NCBI GenBank assembly: GCA_963575745.1
Contig: CAUYUJ010000103.1
Span: 62,001 to 126,000, forward strand
Direction of reading: 5' to 3'
Length of the DNA: 64,000 nt
Origin: Prorocentrum cordatum
Lineage: Eukaryota
Made by a program: the position numbers and the translations under genes
Notes under the pieces: generated by a model
What the model was told of the DNA's origin: nothing
Databases searched by the model: none
What the model saw: the letters and a program-made list of their open reading frames with translations, nothing else
Shown here: piece by piece, positions 57,685 through 64,000 of the stretch
Numbering within the stretch: the first letter of the stretch is position 1
How the letters are laid out: each line of letters starts with the position of its first letter

Positions 57685-59934
57685 TGAAGCTGTCCTCTCC
57701 ACTGCTCGTGCAAACATCCAACCCTCCCACCCGCAACTTGGTCGCAAGACCTCTTGAGACAAGACCGTGACGGTCGGTACCAGATTGCACTTGGCCACGA
57801 CACCGACGACGACAGCGACAGCGACGACGACGGCGCCGCCGACACCGACGACGACGACACCGACGACGTCTCCAACGACTTCGACGACGACAGCGACCAC
57901 GACGACGACGACACCGACGACGACGACGCCGACGACGACGACGACGATGACAACGACGACGACGAAGACGACGACGACGCCGACGACGACGACGAAGACA
58001 ACGACGACGACGACGACAACGACGTCGCCAACGAAGACGACGACGAGGGAGGAGGAAGGACGACGACGGCGACAACGACGACGACGACAACGACGAGGGA
58101 GGAGGGAGGACGGCGACGACGCGAACGACGAAGAAGGAGGAAGGACGGCGACGCCGACGACGACAACGACGAGGGAGGAAGGAAGACGCCGACGACGCAA
58201 GAGCGCGCGCGCACGCTTTTGTTGAACATCCGTGTTGCGAAACCTTGGGTTTTTGTAGGTTTTTGGCACACGCGATTTTTGCACCCTTCCGAAACCGATG
58301 GGTTTTGATGGATTTCGGCATACGCGCGCGACGACGCGCGCGTCTGCACTTCGTTTTATTTGTTGCAGAGGATTCTCGCGACGGCACACGCGCAAGGGCG
58401 TTCGACAGATTTCGACATGCGCGCACGCGAAGCCCGTTTGGTAGCATTGCGTGAGAATCTTGGAAAGAAATGTTTTCTCTAGATTTCGCAAGAGCTCGCG
58501 CGGAAACTTTTTTAGCAAATCAGTGTTGCGAAGCCCTGTGTTTTAGTATGTTTCTTGGAAGCCCGATTGCTAAATCCTTCCGGCATCGAAGGTTTTTCAA
58601 GGATTTCGGCATGCACGCGCGACGACGCGCGCGTGTGTACTTCGTCAATTTGTTGCAAGGGATTCGCGAAACAAGTGTAATGTGAGAACAAGCAAGGTCA
58701 CCGCATAGTGTTTTCACAGGGGAACTTCAGGGGGGGGAACCCGGCCAGAGTGGGATAGGGTAGGCCCATATTTCGGGTGGACATGTGGTCAGAATCGTAT
58801 ATGATTCTCATACCCGAAAGGGGGGCGATAACGCGGGGGGGTCGAGTTTATTTGCATTTTAGAAAAGAGAATCTATGTGGTGCGATCTATGTGGTGCAAT
58901 TGACTACTCTGCACCGCGCCTGACCACCTCCACTGCTCGCGCAAACATCCCACCCACCCACCCGCAACTTGGTCGCAAAACTTCTTAAGACAAGACCGTG
59001 ACGGTAGGTACCACATGGCACTTGGCCACGGCACCGACGACGACAGCGACAGCGACAACGACGACGAAGGCGCCGCCGACACCGACGACGACGACACCGC
59101 CGACGTCGACGTCGACGAAGACGACGACCACGCCGACGCCGACGACGACGACGACGAAGACAACGACGACGTCGCCAACGAAGACGACGACGAGGGAGGA
59201 GGGAGGACGACGACGGCGACAACGACGACAACGACGATGGATGAGGGAAGACGGCGACGACGCGAACGACGAAGAAGGAGGAAAGACGGCGACGCCCACG
59301 ACGACAACGACGAGGGAGGAGGGAAGACGAAAACGACGACAACGACGACGAAGACGACGACGACGGCGACGAAATATGAGGGACGACGACAAGACGCCGA
59401 CGACGGACGACGACGACGACGAGGGAGGACGACAACGACGAGGGAGGAGTGAAGACGACGACGACGCCGACGCCGACGACAACGACGAAGACGACGACGA
59501 CGTCGCCAACGAAGACGACGACGAGGGAGGAGGGAGGACGACGACGGCGACGACGACGACAACGACGATGGATGAGGGAAGACGGCGACGACGCGAACGA
59601 CGAAGAAGAGGAAGGACGGCGACGCCGACGACGACAACGACGAGGGAGGAGGGAAGACGAAAACGACGACAACGACGACGAAGACGACGACGACGGCGAC
59701 GAAATAGGAGGGACGACGACAAGACGCCGACGACGGACGACGACGACGACGACGAGGGAGGAGGACAACGACGAGGGAGGAGTGAAGACGACGACGACGA
59801 CGACGACGGCGACGAAATAAGAGGGACAACGACGAAACGCCGACGAAGACGACGAGGGAGGGAGGACGACCACGGCGACAACGACGACGGAAGCGACGAC
59901 GACGCCAAGACGACGACGACGAGGAAAGACAGAA

Positions 59935-59972
<38 letters not shown>

Positions 59973-61665
59973 GGGAAGAGGGAGGACGGCGACGACGACG
60001 ACGACGCAAGAGCGCGCGCGCGCACGCTTCTGTTGAAAATGCGTGTTGCGAAACATTGTGTTTTTGTAGCTTTTTTGGACGCGCGATTTTGACATCCTTC
60101 CGAAACCGATGGGTTTTGAAGGATTTCGGCATACGCGCGCGACGACGCGCACGTCTGCACTGCGTCTCATTTTTTGCAGAGGATTCTCGCGACGGCACAC
60201 GCGCAAGGGCGTTCGACAGATTTCGACATGCGCGCGCGACGCCTGTGTGTGAAAATCTTGAAAAACCAATGGTTTTCTTAAGATTTCGCAAGAGCTCGCG
60301 CGGAAGCTTTTTTAGCAAATCAGTGTTGCGAAACCCTGTGCTTTTGTATGCTTTTTGGAAACTCGATTGCGAAATCCTTCCGGCACCGAAGGTTTTTGAA
60401 GGATTGCGGCATGCGCGCGCGAGGACGCGCGCGTGAGCACTTCGTCAAAATTTTTGCAAGGGATTCGTGAAACAATGTTATGTTAGAACAACAAATGTCA
60501 CCGCATAGTGTTTCTTTACAAGGGAACCTCAGGGGGCGGGGAAACCGGCCTGCCTGGGATTGTACGATTTCATATGTAGGATGGACGACTGTGTAGAATA
60601 TACATGAAATTATATTATCCCATGGGGAAGCGTTAAGTCCGGGGGGGGGGGTAGAGTTCATTTTTTTGTTAGAAAGGAGAATTTATCACTTGCTCAACTT
60701 GAAGCTGCCCTCTCCACTGCTCGCGCAAACATCCAACCCACCCACCCGCAACTTGGTTTGCAAAATGGCCTAAGACCGTGACGGTGGGTACCACATGGCA
60801 CTTGGCAACAACAGCGACAACGACGACGACAGCGACAACGACGATGAACGACAACGACTACGACGACACCGACGACGTCTCCAACGACTTCGACGACGCC
60901 GACAACGACGACGACGACGACACCGACGACGACGACGACGACGACACCGACGCCGACGACGACGACGATGACAACGACGACGACGATGACGACGCCGACG
61001 ACGACGATAACGACGACACCGACGACGACGACGACGTCACCGACGCCGACGACGACGACGACGACGACGGCGGCGACGACGACGACGTCGACGACGACGA
61101 CGACAACGATGCCGACGCCGACGACGACGACAAAGACGACGACGACGTCGCCGACGAAGACAACGAGGAAGGAGGGAGGACGACGACGGCGACAACGACG
61201 ACAACGACGAGGGAGGAGTGAGGACGGCGACGACGCGAACTGCGAAGAAGGAGGAAGGACGGCGACGCCGACGACGGCGACGACGAGGGAGGAGGGATGA
61301 CGACGACGACGACGACAACGACGACGACGACGACGGCGACGAAATAGGAGGGACGACGACGAGACCCCGACGACGGACGACGACGACGAGGAGAAAGGAG
61401 GAGGAAGGACGACCACGGCGACAACGACGACGGAAACTACCACGACGCCAAAGAGGACGACGACGACGAACACGAGGACAGACAGAGGACGACGTAGGCG
61501 ACGACGACGACGACAACGACGCGGGAGGAGGAAGGACGGCGACGACAACGACGACGACGCAAGAGCGACAAGAGCGCGCGCGAGTGAGGTGACCCACGCA
61601 TTACCTGTCTATACGGACGGCCAAGCAACAGCACGCTTTTTTTTTTTGTTTATTTGTTTTTTTTT

Positions 61666-61755
<90 letters not shown>

Positions 61756-61761
61756 TTTTCT

Positions 61762-61798
<37 letters not shown>

Positions 61799-62414
61799 TT
61801 TTTTTTTTTTTCTTTTTTTTTTTTTTGTTGAACATCCGTGCTGCGAAACCTTGTGTTTTTGTAGGTTTTTGGGACAAGCGATTTTGAAATCCTTCCGAAA
61901 CCGATGGGTTTCGAAGGATTTCGGCATACGCGCGCGACGACGCGCGCGTCTGCACTTCGTGTCATTTTTTGCAAGGGGTTCTCGCGACGGCACACGCGCA
62001 AAGGCGTTCGACCGATTTCGACATGAGCGCGCGCGAAGCCCGTTTGGCAGCATTTTGTGAAAATCTTGAAAAACCAATTGGTTTTCTTAAGATTCCGCAG
62101 GAGCTTAAGATTTCGCAAGAGCTTTCGCGGAAGCTTTTTTAGCAACTCTGTGTTGCGGCACCCTGTGTTTTTGTATGTTTTTTGAAAACTCGATTGCGCT
62201 ATCCTTCCCGCACCGAAGGTTTTTGAAGGATTTCGGCATGCGCGCGCGACGACGCGCGCGTGTGCACTTCGTTTATTTTTTTGCAAGGGACTCGTGAAAA
62301 GTGTTGTGTTGGAAAAAAGTCGCCACATAGTGTTTTTTAAAAGGGAACCACAGGGGGGGGAGCCGGCCTAGCTGGGATGGCACGCTTTCATATTTAGGAT
62401 GGACGGGTGTGCAT

Positions 62415-62461
<47 letters not shown>

Positions 62462-64000
62462 GAATTCGTACAATCCCAGGGGGAACCGATAAGTCCGAAA
62501 GGGGGAGAGTCCACTCCCTTTTTTGAAAAGGAGAACCAATTTCTGTTCGCAGTGAGTTGTCCACTCCACTGCTCGCGCAAACATCCCACCCACCCGCCCG
62601 CAACTTGGTACGCAACATCTCTTAAGACCGTGGCGGTGGGTACCACATGGCACTTGGCAACAACAGCGACGCCGACGACGACAGCGACAACGACGATGAC
62701 GACGCCGCCGGCAACGACTACGACGACACTGGCGACGTTTCCAACGACTTCGACGACGCCGACAACGACGACAACGACGACGACACCGACGACGACGACG
62801 ACGACGCCGACGCCGACGACGACGACGATGACAACGACGACGACGATGACGACGCCGACGACGACGTCGATAACGACGACACCGACGACGACGACGTCAA
62901 CGATGACGACGACGACGACGACGGCGGCGACGACGGCGACGCCGACGACGACGACGACTTCGACGACAACGACGCCGACGCCGACGACGACGAAGACGAC
63001 GACGACGTCGCCGACGAAGACAACGAGGAAGGAGGGAGGACGACGACGGCGACAACGACGACAACGCCGAGGGAGGAGTGGAGGACGGCGACGACGCGAA
63101 CGACGAATAAGGAGGAAGGACGGCGACGCCGACGACGGCAACGACGACGGAGGAGGGAAGACGACGACGACGACAACGACGTCGACGACGACGACGGTGA
63201 CGGAATAGGAGAGGGATGACGACGAGACGCCGACGACGGACGACGACGACGACGACGAGGGAGGAGGAGGAGGAAGGACGACCACGGCGACAACGACGAC
63301 GGAAACGACCACGAAGCCAAAGAGACGACGACGACGAGAACACGAGGAGGAAGAAAGACAGGGAGGACGACGTAGGCGACGACGACGACGACAACGACGC
63401 GGGAGGAGGGAGGATCGGCGACTGACGAACGACGACGCAAGAAGCGCGCCACCCAATCAAATAGACAAGGCTCATATGTGCATTTCGTGTGCGCGCGCAC
63501 GTTTCTGTTGAAAATTGCGTGTTATGTCCCGGAAACTCCCCCCCCCTTTTTTTTTTTTCCATTTGTGTTTTTGTAGGTTTTTTGGACAGACGATTTTGAA
63601 TTCCTCCCGAAACCGATGGGTTTGGAAGGTTCTCGGCATACGCGCGCGATGACGCGCGCGTCTGCACTTCGTCCCATTCTTTGCAGGGGAGTCTCGCGAC
63701 GGCACACGCGCAAGGGCGTTCGACAGATTTCGCCATGCGCGCGCGAAGCCCGTTTGGTAGCATTTTGTGACAATCTTGAAAACCTTATGGTTTTCTCAAG
63801 ATTTCGCAAGAGTTTTCGCGGAAGTTTTTTTAGCAACTCTGCGTTGCGAAACCATGTGTTTTTGCATTTGTTTGGAAACTCGATTGCGAAATCCTTCAGG
63901 CACCGCAGGTTTTCGACGGATTTCGACATGCGCGCGCGACGACGCGCGCGTGCGCACTTCGTCTCGTTGTTTGCCAGGGATTCGTGAAAAGTGTGATGTT
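57685..64000. repeat. Tandem macro-repeat, four units of ~1.2-1.9 kb (last one truncated by the window edge)
   Basis: Each unit has a CTCCACTGCTCG(C/T)GCAAACATCC head (~57697, 58928, 60712, 62564), a structured (GAC)n tract, and a twice-repeated ~300-bp block containing GGATTTCGGCAT.CGCGCGCGACGACGCGCGCG. Confidence 0.92.
61637..61826. repeat. ~190-nt interrupted poly(T) tract
   Basis: Replaces a short T run (4-5 nt) found at the same site in sister units. Confidence 0.9.

Noticed and set aside
57558..63763. Mucin-like Thr/Asp/Ser/Arg-rich ORFs and poly-Lys/Phe ORFs
   Set aside because: They are translations of (GAC)n tracts and the poly(T) run within a macro-repeat.

Overview
Eukaryotic, GC-rich, repeat-saturated DNA, very probably from a dinoflagellate nuclear genome: an exact 19-nt match to the dinoflagellate spliced leader (GTAGCCATTTTGGCTCAAG) lies at 2434-2452. 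Most ORFs in the supplied track are artefacts of high GC and microsatellites. One convincing intact gene is present, an intronless 2OG-Fe(II) oxygenase-like ORF (14788-15765), plus a possible 76-aa small ORF (51261-51491). The rest is decayed mobile and repetitive DNA. There are three dead LINE retrotransposons: LINE-A begins with a spliced leader plus three stacked 7-nt leader remnants; LINE-B has RNase H, AP-endonuclease, RT, C2H2 fingers and a C-terminal cytosine DNA methyltransferase-like domain; LINE-C is split by about 5 kb of insertions. There is also a family of non-coding elements with subterminal inverted repeats and a GCGAAGC mini-hairpin (Helentron/HINE-like), many micro- and minisatellites, and a 1.2-1.9 kb macro-repeat. 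Across all three dead LINEs, inferred conserved codons are repeatedly broken by A>G/T>C transitions, which suggests an AT-to-GC mutational process acting on repeats. All family calls come from reading motifs by eye with no database search. Short exons of intron-rich host genes could be present and undetected.
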